Below, piece by piece: positions 25,741-42,884 of a stretch of DNA of 64,000 nucleotides. Where the stretch lies: assembly GCF_009914755.1 (NCBI RefSeq), contig NC_060930.1, one strand, 5' to 3'. The DNA comes from the human T2T-CHM13v2.0 reference genome, Homo sapiens. Within the stretch, counting starts at the first letter, position 1, and each line of letters begins with the position of its first letter. The position numbers and the translations under genes are program-made. Below the pieces are notes generated by a model, which saw nothing but the letters and a program-made list of their open reading frames with translations, did no database searches and was not told the DNA's origin.

Positions 25741-26476
25741 TTCTTGAAAAGTTTTAGACAAGTCACCCAGAAGAGTTATGCAACAGAAATATTAAGAGGA
25801 AATAAATATATGGGAAAACAAGTTCCTGTAATAAAAGAAACAGAAATGGAAAAACAAAGGCATAAGGCTATATAAAATCTGTATGCCATGAAGAAAGAGA
25901 AAGTAGTTTTAGTTTGTATTAAATAATTTCATTACGTTACTGGGAAATGGATAGAGTGATATAGAGTATAAGAACCATAGTCTTATCTTCTCCTTTCTTC
26001 GAAATGTACTAACACTTCATAAGCTTAATAAAAGAACCTCAATGCTTGTAAGTTAGTTTTTTGTGGCTTCTATCATTGTTGAAAGTTTCTGGGGAGTAGC
26101 TACCTGTTAACTAAAAATAGGTATCTGGAGCATGGCAAAAGAGACCACTTCAGCCTTGCAACTATGATATTGATCCACTCAAAAGCAGTAATTTGAAAGA
26201 AGTGAAAGAAAATAGCGGTGAAGCTCAAACTATGTGAAGGTAGAAAATTTGGTCTTTACAGTAAATTTGATAGTTGTCTAACAGAAACTTAGGGGAGAAG
26301 GAAAAAATGGAGGGGAATAAATTTGAATTGAAGTGTATTTTGATGGATAAAAGAAAATGTGAATTTTTAAATATAAACTTGGTATATAACTTTTCCATAG
26401 TAGGTAAGTTTATTTATAACCTATTTGTTTCCCTAAAACATCAAGGCAGCTTATAATAAAATCCATTGACCGAAAT

Positions 26477-26544
26477 ATGTATTCCAATATCAAATGGCAA
26501 ATTCCAACAATACAAAAACTGCAATTATGTTTGCACCAACCTGA
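26477..26544 (-). mobile_element. Hsmar1 mariner 5' end (solo TIR plus about 40 bp)
   Basis: Reverse complement tcaggttggtgcaaacataattgcagtttttgtattgttggaatttgccatttgatattggaatacat; TA flank. Confidence 0.85.
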
Positions 26545-27339
26545 TAGTAAAAGAAATAGAAAATTAGAACTAATGGACAACTCATAACTCTTGAATATCA
26601 GCATGGATGCTGTGCTTGGGCTTCACATTTGGTCATAAACATCCAGGGAGTAAAGATGAAAAGGAAGCTACTCATTTACATAGAAAGGAGGGGCTGTAGC
26701 AAATTCTGAAATATGAGACTTAAGAACGTAAGTAACTTGCTGTATTAGTTAAAATTTTACTGGAGGATATATGAATTAACATTAAAAAATCATCAAAGTG
26801 TCAAATATTCCAATATATTAATACTGTTGTAAAACATTATAGTAGACATGTGATTTGACTGTGTATCTTGGGATTTATGTATTTATCTCATCTATGCAGT
26901 ATTCAGTGAGAAGCTACTATACACTTAGCATTCTTACCAGGGCTTTGAAGAGTACAGATGCTTTAACTAGTCCCACATTAAAATTTAAGTGTTAGACAAG
27001 AAGGCAAATAAACAGCAGGAAATGCTTAAAGGTAAAGTTAGGGGTACTTGCTATGACTACATTGATGTGGACTAGGCAGAATACTTCATTTAGTTAAGGG
27101 GGAAACAAGCGTTTGGTTAAGTGGGGAATAAGTCATGGTATAGGAAGAAGTTCTGTTGAGATCTGCTGTGGGAAGGATTGAGGTGCACCTGAGCTTTTTC
27201 TTTTGAATTCAGTTCAGAGCCCAAATAATATCATAATATAGAATGTTAAGAGATCCCTTTTGATATCTTCTTCAAAGGATGCACAAATGATACTTATTTG
27301 AAGAACATGAATATTTCTATGACAGTTGAGAAACATAGA

Positions 27340-27415
27340 TCCATCTTGGTATCCCTAATGCTTACCATACTGCTTTGCATATTATACTGGTTCTATAAGT
27401 GTTTATTGAATGAAC
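27340..27415 (+). mobile_element. L2 3' end remnant
   Basis: gtatccctaatgcttaccatactgc...aagtgtttattgaatgaa. Confidence 0.55.
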
Positions 27416-28320
27416 TACTTAAAAGAGAAAATGGGAGAGAGGTGTTCTCAATTTGTAAGGATAAATATTAAGTATAAAATAGAAACCTTTAAACCTGTAA
27501 AGAAAGGATTTAGTGATGAGAGTTGTTTATTTTTCTAATGTAATTATGGTGACAACTTGTTAATATTGTTTTCACTGGAATCTTATTAATCTTAGGAATT
27601 TTTATGTACTTACAAAATAATTCCATATATGAATCTTTTGTTACTAACCTGGTAAAGAAACACAGATTTTGAATAGCTAGATGGTAGTAGCGGATGAAAC
27701 ATTGCTTCTTAATTATCAGAGTTCTTTGATTGCCTTGTTTATTGCCTATCAGCCTGCTGGACTGTTATGTATTGGATATTTCTGACACAGCTAAAATTAC
27801 TTTGCCTTTCTTTATGATATATATAAATTTTATAGCCTTTATGCCTTTGTTCTTTTATTTCTGTTTCTTTTACCTCAGGAACTTATTTTCCCATATATTT
27901 ATTTCCCCTTAATACTTGTGTTGCATAACTTCTCTAAAAGTCTTGAAGAGACTGAAGAAGTATTTTTCAAGTAATTAAAGAAATGGAAATTAAAAGCAAC
28001 TTGTTATTTGTAGAATATGTAAACAAATGTTTCTGAAGTGCTTTCTACATATGAGGTATAGACTAGAAGTGGTTTAAGGCAGGATTTTTGATGTAAGTGA
28101 CTTATATACTCTTCTACTTGACATGAACAAATAAACAGATAATTTGTATAGCATTAAAAAAATCACTGAATATCCAAGAGCTATGTCAGTTCAGAGAAGG
28201 ATGGACTAGCTATAATTTGTTAAACACTAAAAGCAACACTAATTAATCTTTAAAACAAAGATAGATGTTTTATTTACTTATTCAGTCACCTTTTACTTGT
28301 TAAAGTAAGAAAAGGAATTA

Positions 28321-30944
<2,624 letters not shown>

Positions 30945-31391
30945 CATGCATTTCTCTTCTTTTGGCAAGTATATGTGCAGCCATCTAGATCCTCGCTAAT
31001 CAATTAGAGCACAAAGATTATAAATCATTATTTTAACAGGAATATATCCTAATTGCAAATATGTGAATACTTATAGCCAGAAGGTTGCTTTAACGCAGCT
31101 CTGAGGAAAATTGTATTGTAAAATAAATGCTTTAAAAAATGCCTCAACAAACAAGGGAGAATAGGAGGTACTTATAAAGAAGAAGGCTTAAAAATGGCCA
31201 TGTAAAAATGCTATGATAGTAAGAGTAAATGGAGAAAATAGGCAGAGGACCACAAAATGTAGGGGAGATTTTAGGGAGGAAACGCAAATAGAACAAAGTT
31301 TATTTTGGTCAAAAGGAAGTTTTAAAAAAAGAATCCTAGAGCCGAATTAAAAAGATATAGGATGAATAAAGATTAAGCTTAGAAGTAGTAA

Positions 31392-31739
<348 letters not shown>

Positions 31740-32950
31740 TGTTTCCTATATTTTTATATTCTTATTAATTCATTAAATATTTCACGATTGCCTCCTCAGT
31801 CCACAGTCTCTATAGAGGGACTTAGGAAATAGCTTTCATGTTTTACTTTTGTCATGCCAGTTAGAAACTAGATTAATTATCTGCTTGCCAAACCTGATTA
31901 TCTTTTGTATTGCTACTCACATTTCATTGTGTAAAAGGGGTGAGGCTGATGGACAAATTGTAGGTCTCCTTTTTTCTAGGAATGTACTTTAGAATACTGA
32001 GATTTAATTATTTTGGGGTACATTTTCCATAGTGCTTTCTGTATTTACTTTTACTTTATTGAGTTGTTCAGAGAATTAAATATTTGATGTGAATTTTATA
32101 TGCATGTGTGATTGTAGTGGTGATGGTACAAGGGGAACTTTGGTGTAGAAGAATTTGTTAGGATGCTCTTGCAATATTCATGTAAGAAGTTATGAAGACC
32201 CAGACTGGAATGGTGACAGTGAGGATAGGAGGGAGGGACGAGTGTGAGAGATGTGCCCTAGGATCTTGGTGGCCATTGATGGGGAATGACTGGTTCTGGA
32301 GAATGGGGTGGTTAGACTACGGGGAGTTGCCATCCATATCCTAGAATTCAAAGGGTATGTTGAACTTAGGGTTATTCTAGGTTGGTTTTGGTGTCCAATA
32401 GGGTTCACTTTGGTGTATGTGATACAGTGACAAAAGTTTCTTGTTATTTCCAATTTATAAAGCCTGTAATGGCATTGAGGAGGTTTTTGGTGGTCTGTAC
32501 TGTGTGGAGGAGGAACCAGCTATGACAAAGGGAGGGAGTATTTACTGGTCTTAGGAACAAGGTGTGGTTTCCTAGGGCATAGTGGCTGGCATCATGCAGG
32601 CAGGGAATTTGGGCTCCAGCCAAATACTCTGAGCTAGAGACTGGGTCCAGTTCCAGCAATTCTGTTAATATATATTTACCAGACTCTGGTATGATTTTGT
32701 ATGAATTTATTATAGGATTGGAGATGAGGGCAGGAGGGAGGGGTAGTATGTAGTAGTGGTTGCATTCATATTTAACCCTCGGTTTTTGAATAAAGTCTTA
32801 CATTTGGGAATTTTTTTTTAATAAATAAAATGTCTTGCTAATGTAAGTGTTACTCCCACCAATATAGAAGACAGCACTCAAATTCTCATTCTCTTTTGTA
32901 ACCAGATCATAAGCATATGACTTATACTTCGTTGATTAGACTCACCTCTC

Positions 32951-33014
32951 ACAGGACTTTGATTTGGAACTGAGGAAACAGAACAGGACTTTGATTTGGA
33001 ACTGAGGAAACAGA
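32951..33014 (+). repeat. Perfect 32-bp tandem duplication
   Basis: acaggactttgatttggaactgaggaaacaga x2. Confidence 0.97.
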
Positions 33015-33262
33015 ATCTTCATCGAGCTTTTGTGTTTGGTGGTGGCAGTGGTGGATGTGAGCAGAGACTTTCTGCCTTTGGTGGCAGCAGTGTCTTTTTG
33101 GTGGTTGCTAGATTGATTTCCCACAGTGGGAGTGGTTTTCTTTAGTACTCTGTGGGATGCTAAACAGCAGTGATGGCCATTTTCTATTAATAATTAGTCC
33201 TGTTTTAGAACTAATTAGTTCCTCTTTTGAGCCTGGAAGCTTAACTTTAAGAATAGTTTTTT

Positions 33263-33623
<361 letters not shown>

Positions 33624-33699
33624 TCAGCTTCTTCCATGTTCAGCTAACAATCTTAGCTGGTCCTGGGTTGATTAGAAGATAAGGCAGCAAAATGAAGAC

Positions 33700-34230
33700 A
33701 GAGGCTTTTTGATATCTGCCAGGATGGCTAAGAATTGATCCAAAATCCATGGGGACTTGGTATCAGATTGTATTTTGGGGTGAATTGGAGGAGGAAGGAA
33801 AATAACTATGTTGATAGTAGGTCTGTTTGGATGTTGGAGGGTATGGAACAATGATTTTAGTTTTGGACATGTTTACTTTGAGATGCCATAGAAATATTCA
33901 CTTGTGGAGATATCTGGCATGTAATTGGAAATGTAATTCTAGCATTCAGAAAAGAGATCAGGGATAGTAGTGACAGTTATTCAAGGTTGCATTGAAATTG
34001 GATTAGAGTACTAAGGGTAGCAGCATGAAATGGGGAGAAAGGAGAGGCTTTTCACAATTACAGGGCAGATGGTGGAAGGAGACAGTGAAGAAATCTGAAA
34101 ACGAATCTTCTAGAAGGATGGAAGAGCACTCAGAGAAGCTCAAAGATGGTAGACCAAGGAGCAGATAGTCAGGAGTATGAAGACTGAGAAGAGGCCATTG
34201 TATTTAGTGATTTTCAAGAAAGTCATAGAA
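33700..34230 (-). mobile_element. L2 remnant
   Basis: agttttggacatgtttactttgagatgcc...gtggagatatc; gaagactgagaagaggccattgtatttag. Confidence 0.7.
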
Positions 34231-35189
34231 AATAGAACAAAACCTTACAGTGGTGAATAAAGGACTAAAGTAATATCTGGAACAAAAGAGATTAAATAAA
34301 ATTTGAGTCAAAAATTTTATTAGACATATTTAGAGCCCAAATCACAAAATAAAGTTTGAAACCAGAGACACAACCCCTATCTTTTTCCTTAACAGATTTT
34401 TATCAGGCTAGTTGTTAAGTTTGTCTATTTGAGTAATGGCACTGATATATCAAATTCTTTTGTTTTAATGAAGCAACAGCTCTCTAGTATGCAAAACTTG
34501 GGAAAATATTTTGCTTTACAATTTTAGTGTTCATTAAGCCTTATTATGTAAGCTGTAAGCAAATGTTAGAGAATTTTAAATGTTTGTGACATCTGTGTTT
34601 TTATTGTGAATGTGAGTTTTCTTTTGTAAGTATTACAATGATCATTGTTAACAGTTTGACCTTGCTTTACATTTTTGCCAGACTATTCAGTGATAGCTAT
34701 TTGCATGCTGTCTTTCCTTTTATTTCAGCTTTCCATCCCACTTCCTCTTATGTTGCCAAATGAGAAGCTTGACTATTGGTGGTTAGAGTCTCTGCCACTC
34801 AAGATTTTCATTTTTCTGTATTTTGAAGTACTGTCTTTGTATGCTTTTCTTTTCTCCATTCAAAGAGCAGTCTCTTTACATTTGATATTCTGATAGAATT
34901 TATCTGCTGAAAATCAAAGTCTGTGCTCCTTGAATTCTGGCTTCAAAATAATCATCTAGAATAGATGTAAGATACTAGAACCAGATGAAAGATTCAAAAG
35001 ATGTCAGTCTTAATTTATAAGTTTATTATCTACAAGACTGGATCTTGACTGTACCAGTCTTAAAAATATATCTTGCATTATAATTTGAGCTATGACATTT
35101 CATCAAACGTACAGTTTAAATTTATAGAACTCTTTTTTTTGCATTAATTTATGTAGTCAAATAGAAGACATTAAATTCAAAAGTATTTC

Positions 35190-35528
<339 letters not shown>

Positions 35529-38283
35529 TAAAATTAATTGCTATTAACTTTTAATTAATGGAATATGATGACCTGAGTATTATTACATATCACAGAACTT
35601 TAATGTAAAGATACATCAATGAAATTTAGAATTTTACTTAGATACCAAGTTAATATACCAAAAATCCATTTAGACTAATTTTATTAAAACAAATGTATCA
35701 GAATTTCAGTGGCAATAATACTGTTTACATTTTTTTGATGGAATTCTTTTTTTTTTACATGGTATGGCTAGTATACAAATGATAGGGTTTTATGCTAAAC
35801 AGGTTTTTTTTCCCCACATGCAGCAGAACTCTGCTTACATTATGACCTTTCAGAATAAATTGGCAAGCAGGTCAGATACCAAGAGCTAAGAAAGGATGGA
35901 AACAAATGTAGTATTTTGCAGGTGAATTTTTGAGATGCCCCATTTACTTGAAATTTTAAATAATGGAGGTAAAAGACTTTAGTTGAAGTTTGAATGTCTC
36001 AGAATGATGAATAAGGAGTTTGTCAGGTATTATATTTTCAGTGTTAGTGCAGAGTAATTCCTTGTAACACAAATGGCTGATTTTTGTAATATGTACACAC
36101 AAGCTTAGTATGGTATGATAATAAGACAACAAAAACCTAGTAGCCTTTGCTTTTTTTCACTTTGCAGTTGACTTGGTAGCCTATCGGAAAGTCTGTTTTC
36201 ATTTCTTCATTAGTATTATACCTTGGTGTTTTTCTAATAATTTATGGTAGTTTTTTTCTTTAATCAGAGAAGTTCCAGATGTAGGAACATGTTTTCATAG
36301 ACGTTTGCATGCTTTCACATAGTTCCTTTAATTTTCCATTATTCTTCAAAGAAGCATATATATAATTTTCATTTGGGGCCAGTGTACTGTGGTTGACAAC
36401 ATATAAAATTAATCAGAGTCAAGCAGTTGAAGGTTAACATGAAAGAAATCTAGAAGAACCCAGTGCAAAATATAAGACAACACAAACTTTACATTAGACC
36501 CTATTGCTCTGAATGGATTGGAGGGATGGCGACCTTGCCAGTTGGAGTGACATGAGTGCAGTGGATGAGCTGTGGCAAAGTCAGGAAGCTTGGGAGCAGC
36601 AGAATTAGCGAAATGTTAGTAGTTGCTAGGTAATAGGGTTTATGTTAAAGATCGGAGACTAAGACGTGGTCATTGTTAAATCCCCTTGAGGAATTTATGG
36701 TGAAGTAGCCAATTAAACTTGGTATGTGCAAAGCCAAGGGAAGCTTCATGTTGCCTTAGTAAACATCTCTAATTGAATACTAAAGGATCCCGTGCTGCCT
36801 GGTGGGTATATCCCCTAGAGTAGTACTCACTGTGATTAAGGGTACATTGTTTCAGTAACTGATCCCTTGAGGCAGTGAATTGCCCAGTCAGTGCAGGAGT
36901 TTTAAGGGTCCAGGTCTAAAGGTGGAATTGCATCTTTTGGCTCTGTTTGAAGCTCCTTCTTGTGTGCCTGCACAGGAGTGCAGTGGGTACATACCTGTGA
37001 GCACATGTACCCTATTTCTTGGAATGACATTCTTGCTTTTAATTTTGGGCTGACTAGAAATTTTTGTCTGTGATGCCAGTGGTGGGTAGATAGGTAAGGA
37101 TGGGCACAGTTTAGCCAGCGTGGATTGTGAAAAAGTACATTTATTTCAGGAAATTGTAAGAAAAACAAAACTGGGACCTAATTTAAACATCAGGCACTCC
37201 GAGAAAGTAGAGATTCTTTTTCTGTTTTTTCAGTGTTAGCTGTCTGGAGCTTAACTGAGAGATCAAGATAAGTTCAGTTCTTCTTTGTCACATCCACATC
37301 TTACAGTACTTGAAGCAATGTACTTTATTAACAAAAAGATAGTACATTTCTAGCCAAAGTAGAGGATTTAGGGAAAAGTTCTTTTAAATTTTATCCAGGG
37401 AGAGATTAAACAACATTGAGAGCCTGGGCAAAGAAAAGCAACTAGATTTTACATATTTAGTTAATTATATAAGAACAGATGGAAAAGATATGAGCAAATG
37501 CCTGACTCCACAAGATAACATGAGTAAGTGCTAAAATAAAGGTATTTAAACTTGTCTAGTAGTTGGTAAACAGCGTATCAAGAATGGAGATCTTTGCAAC
37601 AGCTTCATAAAAAGACTTTATCAAATTTGGGAAACTCTTATATTAAGGAGATTACCATTAAATCAAAGCAATGCCTTAAAAACACAATACTGGTCTGTAA
37701 TTTAAGGAGGATCATATTTATATAAGAAGAATACATTAAAAAGACATTGAGTTGGATAATTTAAATGGAAGAAATTAGAATGTGCATTTTTGACATCAGT
37801 TATTCCACCTGAAGCTAGAAATATTTTTTGATCAGCAAAGTCATTGCAAATAAGTTATATTAGTCTTAATGTAATTTGCATAATTTGAGACAACTAAAAT
37901 ATATTATTAAATGAACTAATAACTGTCACTTTAGAGCTTTTATATATATGCAAATAAATACTGTTCAACTAAAGTAACTCAAGAAAAACCTTGCTAGTGT
38001 TCCCTTAAGTGTAGGATAGAGGAATACCAAATGAATGAATAAATGAATAAATAAACATGTATACACATATATTTTATCTTGGTTAAATAGATAACTGTGA
38101 AATATTATACTTAGGAATAGCTTTGACTTTTCAAGTTTTTCTCACTTAAAATATGTTCTGTGTCTATCTAGTTTTTATTATGCAGCGTGTATTTAAATTA
38201 TATTTTCATTTCTTTTCCTTTTTGAACAAATAATTAGGATTTATTTGATTTAGATTCTAAACACATTTTTTAATGGAATTATT

Positions 38284-38554
38284 ATTATTATTTTTGAGAG
38301 GGAGTCTCGCTCTGTCGCCCAGGCTGGAGTGCAGTGGCGCGATCTTGGCTCACTGCAACCTCCACCTCCTGGGTTCAGCCTCCCAAGTAACTGGGACTAC
38401 AGGCGCACATCACACCCAGCTAATTTTTGTATTTTTAGTAGAGATGGGGTTTCACCATGTTGGCCAGGATGGTCTCGATCTCTTGACCTTGTGATCTGCC
38501 CACCTTGGCCTCCTAAAGTGCTGGGATTACAGGCGTGAGCCACCACACCCTGCC
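38284..38554 (-). mobile_element. AluSc-like with a microhomology deletion
   Basis: gggttcagcctccc collapse; TSD aatggaattatt. Confidence 0.93.
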
Positions 38555-39139
38555 AATGGAATTATTTTAAATTATTCATAGTATGGTCTAATTTATAACA
38601 ACATTAGATATTTGAAATATTACTCAAAGATTAGAAATCTCCACCAAGCATAGGAAACATTTGGTCAACATAATTTTAATGGCCTTTTTAGAGACTGTAG
38701 TAATAATCCTCAGAAGCCAGAAATTATTAATAGTCTGAGTAATGATGAGAGTCATTCTAGGAATAGAATTAGAAGGTACTTACAGGAGGCCAGAGATCTG
38801 AGGGACAGAGGGTGGTGGAGACAACGGTAATCACACCTCTCAGATATAGTGTACCTTTTTATTAATTCATTTTTTTCTTAGTGGTCAGTTAAAGTATGGT
38901 AAAAATAGGTGGAAACTCAGAATTTCAGGGTCTTTTACTCAAATATAGGCCTGTTTATGCCCAGAAGAGACCCTGAACGTAGACTTCAGAAGCATTATCA
39001 ATTTCTATTTTAAAAGTTAAGTATATGTGGACAGCTAATAACTCAATATTTCTTTTCACATAAAGATATATTTTAATTCAAATATGATAATTGAAGATGG
39101 AAAGTAACTCATGTCGTGTCTACTCATATATACTTTACA

Positions 39140-39420
39140 TATAATAATCTGCATAGATTTTAAATACACAGGTCTCTAATATTTGGCAAAAGTATACACT
39201 CATCATATAAGTATTATGCCAAATGAGATAAGGAACATTCCCACCTTCCCAAATATAACCTTGTGCTTTTTGTAATCATTCATCTCAAACTCTCCGTCCC
39301 AAGCAACCACTGAGTGATTTTGAATATTATAGATTAGTTTTGCCTATTTTAGAGTTTTATGTAAGTAGACTCACATAGTATGTACTTTTTTGTGTCTGGT
39401 TTCTTTTGCTCAGCCAGGTT
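39140..39420 (-). mobile_element. L1M 3' fragment
   Basis: gcaaccactg...tagattagttttgcctattttagag...gtatgtacttttttgtgtctgg. Confidence 0.75.
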
Positions 39421-39489
39421 TCTGTGTGTGTCATTATTTGTTCTGTTTTATTTCTTTTTATTTAGGATCAGTATTCAAGTGTTCAAGAA

Positions 39490-39825
39490 TCCCAAAGTGA
39501 GGAAAAGATTTGAACAGACATTTTACAAAGGCAGATATACTAATGCCCTTAAGTGTGTGAAAAAGGATGCTCAGTATTGCTAGTCATCGAGGAAATGCAA
39601 ATTAAAGCCACAGTGAGATACAGCAGTACACCCACTTGAATGGCTAAAATTTAAAAACTGGTAAAACCAGGTGTTGGGGACCAAGTTGTATTTGCATTGC
39701 CGTTGAGGGGTGTACATAAGACTTGTTCATGATTATTCATAGCAGCTTTATTCATAATAGCCACAAATTAGAATCAAATGAAATGTTTCTCAACAGGTGA
39801 TTAGATAAATACATTTTGATATAGT
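39490..39825 (+). mobile_element. L1M ORF2-end fragment, inverted relative to its neighbour
   Basis: aaagatttgaacagacattttacaaagg...ggaaatgcaaattaaagccacagtgagatac...gcagctttattcataatagcc. Confidence 0.8.
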
Positions 39826-40322
39826 TTTGATTTTGTTCTTCTACCTGAGGTTTCTCCTTGGCTAAAGTAGAAATGTGTACAATTTTCCGAAATTTTGATA
39901 GGGAAAGATTATTGAAATAAATAGCCAGGTCTTTGTTAAGCCAAAGCTATGATAGAATCCTATTTCATATAATTAATACATTAAAAAGCAGGAAATTTCT
40001 GCGTTGTGTTTGTGATCTAGAGTAAGCTAGTAGAATGTGATTGAAAATGTTGTCCAGCTATATTTTCGGCTTGTGTGAAAATGGCTGCCAACTGAAATTT
40101 CTCTTCTTTTTTAGAACTGAATTATCTAGAAAATGGAATGAACTTCTTTATCACCCTGGCAGAAATTGGCAAAAACTGTAAAGCAGTTTGTTTTAATTCA
40201 TCCTGTATTTTTTCAGTCTTAGTTTTCGTGTTACAGGTTTTCTTATTTTCCAGATTTCATAAGTATTTAATGAGATTTTGGGAATGGCTTTGTTAAAAAC
40301 TATTAGCTAAATTGTAATTTAA

Positions 40323-40685
<363 letters not shown>

Positions 40686-42150
40686 TAGCAAATTTTTATC
40701 AATGTCATTTGTATTATAGTGATAATTTTTTTGGGGGGAGATTGTTGTTTATTTATAAATGAGATTAAACTCTATGAATATGTTAAGGATGATGAATTAA
40801 GGGACCTGTCAGGAATACTTTCTGAGATGGCAGAAAATTGGTGAGATCAGAAGTCAGAATTCTTGAATCCTTTATGTATAGTTTGTATATTGTAATGCTG
40901 CTTTTCCTTGAAATAAGAATACTATAAATTTGAACCTTATTCTTATAAATGCAACTTGGAGGATTAACTGCAAGTTTCAAGCTGTTTCAAATTAATTTAA
41001 ATTTGCATGGAAAACTCACATGGTGATTGTTTCCTAAGGGGACTCTAGGAATCCTGTGGCTACATTTAGACAGGAGAGAAGCTAGGTTAAAAACTGACTT
41101 AAAAAAAAAATTGCAGTAGAATTATGGCAGGCTTAATTTTAAACATTTAGAATTGACATTTTTTAATTTAAATACCCAAGGTTTATTTTTACCTTGGAAA
41201 GTGTTTTTTTGTTTTTTAAATTTATACATACAAGAAATGTGTTAAACCTGTCATTGTCTTATTGCTGAAGTGTAATCATTTTTGAGGCAACTCTGCAGTA
41301 AATTGATTATGAATCAATATCAAGTTGTAAAGTTGTTTGCTTTTCCCCTGACCATCTTACTTCCTTGTTTCCAAAAGTAAATCAAGGGAGATTAAAACTA
41401 ACAAACAGACATTAGTGTGAAATTGCTGTTAAGATCCAAGACTATATATTCAAGGTAGATTATTCAAATCCTCATGTAAATATACTTGAAGAAAGAAGTA
41501 ATAAAACTATTGATAATCTTTGCCTAAAACCCCGTTTCACAAATATTTTTCAGTAGGGCTCCCTATTCAAGTTTTCTCAAACCATTGACAGCATGCCTAC
41601 AAGTACTGTGGTGTGGGACATGAGTGTTTGGGTTAGGGGACAACCTGATAATATAATTGTTCTTTTGATGGGGAGTTATGAAGGGAGGGCATTGTGCTTG
41701 TTGCATAACCTCTAAATATGGTTCTCTAGGCTTCCCTAGAGATTCTATGAGCTATAAAGAGATATTTAAAAACTTTTTATTTGGAAATGATTTTAGACTC
41801 ACATTTACAAAAATAGTAGAGAGTTTCAATTGTACCTCCCATTCAGCTTTCCTTAATAATATCTTATATAACCATAGTGTTAGTGTTAACTAAACTACAG
41901 ACCTTATTCATATTTCGCCAGTTTTAACATGCATTATTTGTATGTATATATGTATTCTATGAACCTTTACCACATGTGTTGATACTTGTAATCACCACCG
42001 CAATCAGGGTATAGAACTTTCTCATCATCCAAGAGAAACTTTTTCATGCTATTCCTTTATACCATCTCTGCAGCCTTGGCAACCATAATCTGTTCTTCAT
42101 CACTATAATTTTGCCATATTGAGAATGTTATATAAATGGAATCATACTGT

Positions 42151-42566
42151 TGTTAAAGAAAAAACTTATTTAAACTCTTGTGCAAGACAGTAAGACCAGA
42201 CTTAATTCACTACTCCATTGAGGTTTTGCCCTATGGGAGGGAGATTGGGCTCAACTCAGAATATAACAAGGACAAGTGGATATTTATAGCCAAGGAGCAG
42301 GGTGGGAGTCAGTGGATGGAAAATTACTAAGAGAAAACATCAAGGCTGGAGGGACTCTTGCTAGACCAACTCAACAGGATTCTTGCTGAAGACAGGCCAG
42401 GGTGGTAAATTATTGAGAATGGGGGATTTTCAGTAAACGGACTTATTAGCAGGATTCTTGCTGACATTGGACTAAGTGGACCAAGGACAGAACCCAAGGT
42501 CAAGGCCCAGTCAGAAAGAGGACCCAGAGGAGCCTGACTCAAGGTTTGATAAAAGAGTCTTTATCA
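42151..42566 (-). mobile_element. ERV1 LTR (MER31-like)
   Basis: tgttaaagaaaaaacttatt...gagattgggctcaactc...atttatagccaaggagcagggtggg...caggattcttgctga. Confidence 0.8.
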
Positions 42567-42574
42567 GTCTTAAG

Positions 42575-42884
42575 GTGCTGAATTGTGGCCCCCCAACATT
42601 TATATGTTGAAGCCCTAACTTCCTGTACTTCAGAATGTGACCGCATTTGGAGATAGGGCCTTTAAAGAGACAATTAAGTTAAAATGAGGCTTTTAGGGTG
42701 GGCCCTAATACAATCTGATTGGCCCTAATACAGTCTGATTGTTGTCCCATAAAGGAAATTGGGAGACAGAGACAGGAGGGCTGTGAGAACAGAGGAAAGA
42801 CCCTGTGAGGTTGTAGTGAGAAGGCAGCTGTCTTATTCTGGTTGGGCTGCTATAACAAAAATTCCATAAACTTGAGTGGCTTAA
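42575..42884 (+). mobile_element. MaLR LTR (MLT1A/B-like) with a 20-bp duplication and an inverted 3' end
   Basis: gctgaattgtggcccccc...atttggagatagggcctttaaagag; 42829-42884 is the MLT1 terminus in antisense. Confidence 0.82.

Noticed and set aside
32190-32660. G/T-rich segment with two minus-strand ORFs, considered as a NUMT or ERV internal region
   Set aside because: No recognisable mitochondrial or retroviral peptide motif; a BLAST/Dfam search is needed.
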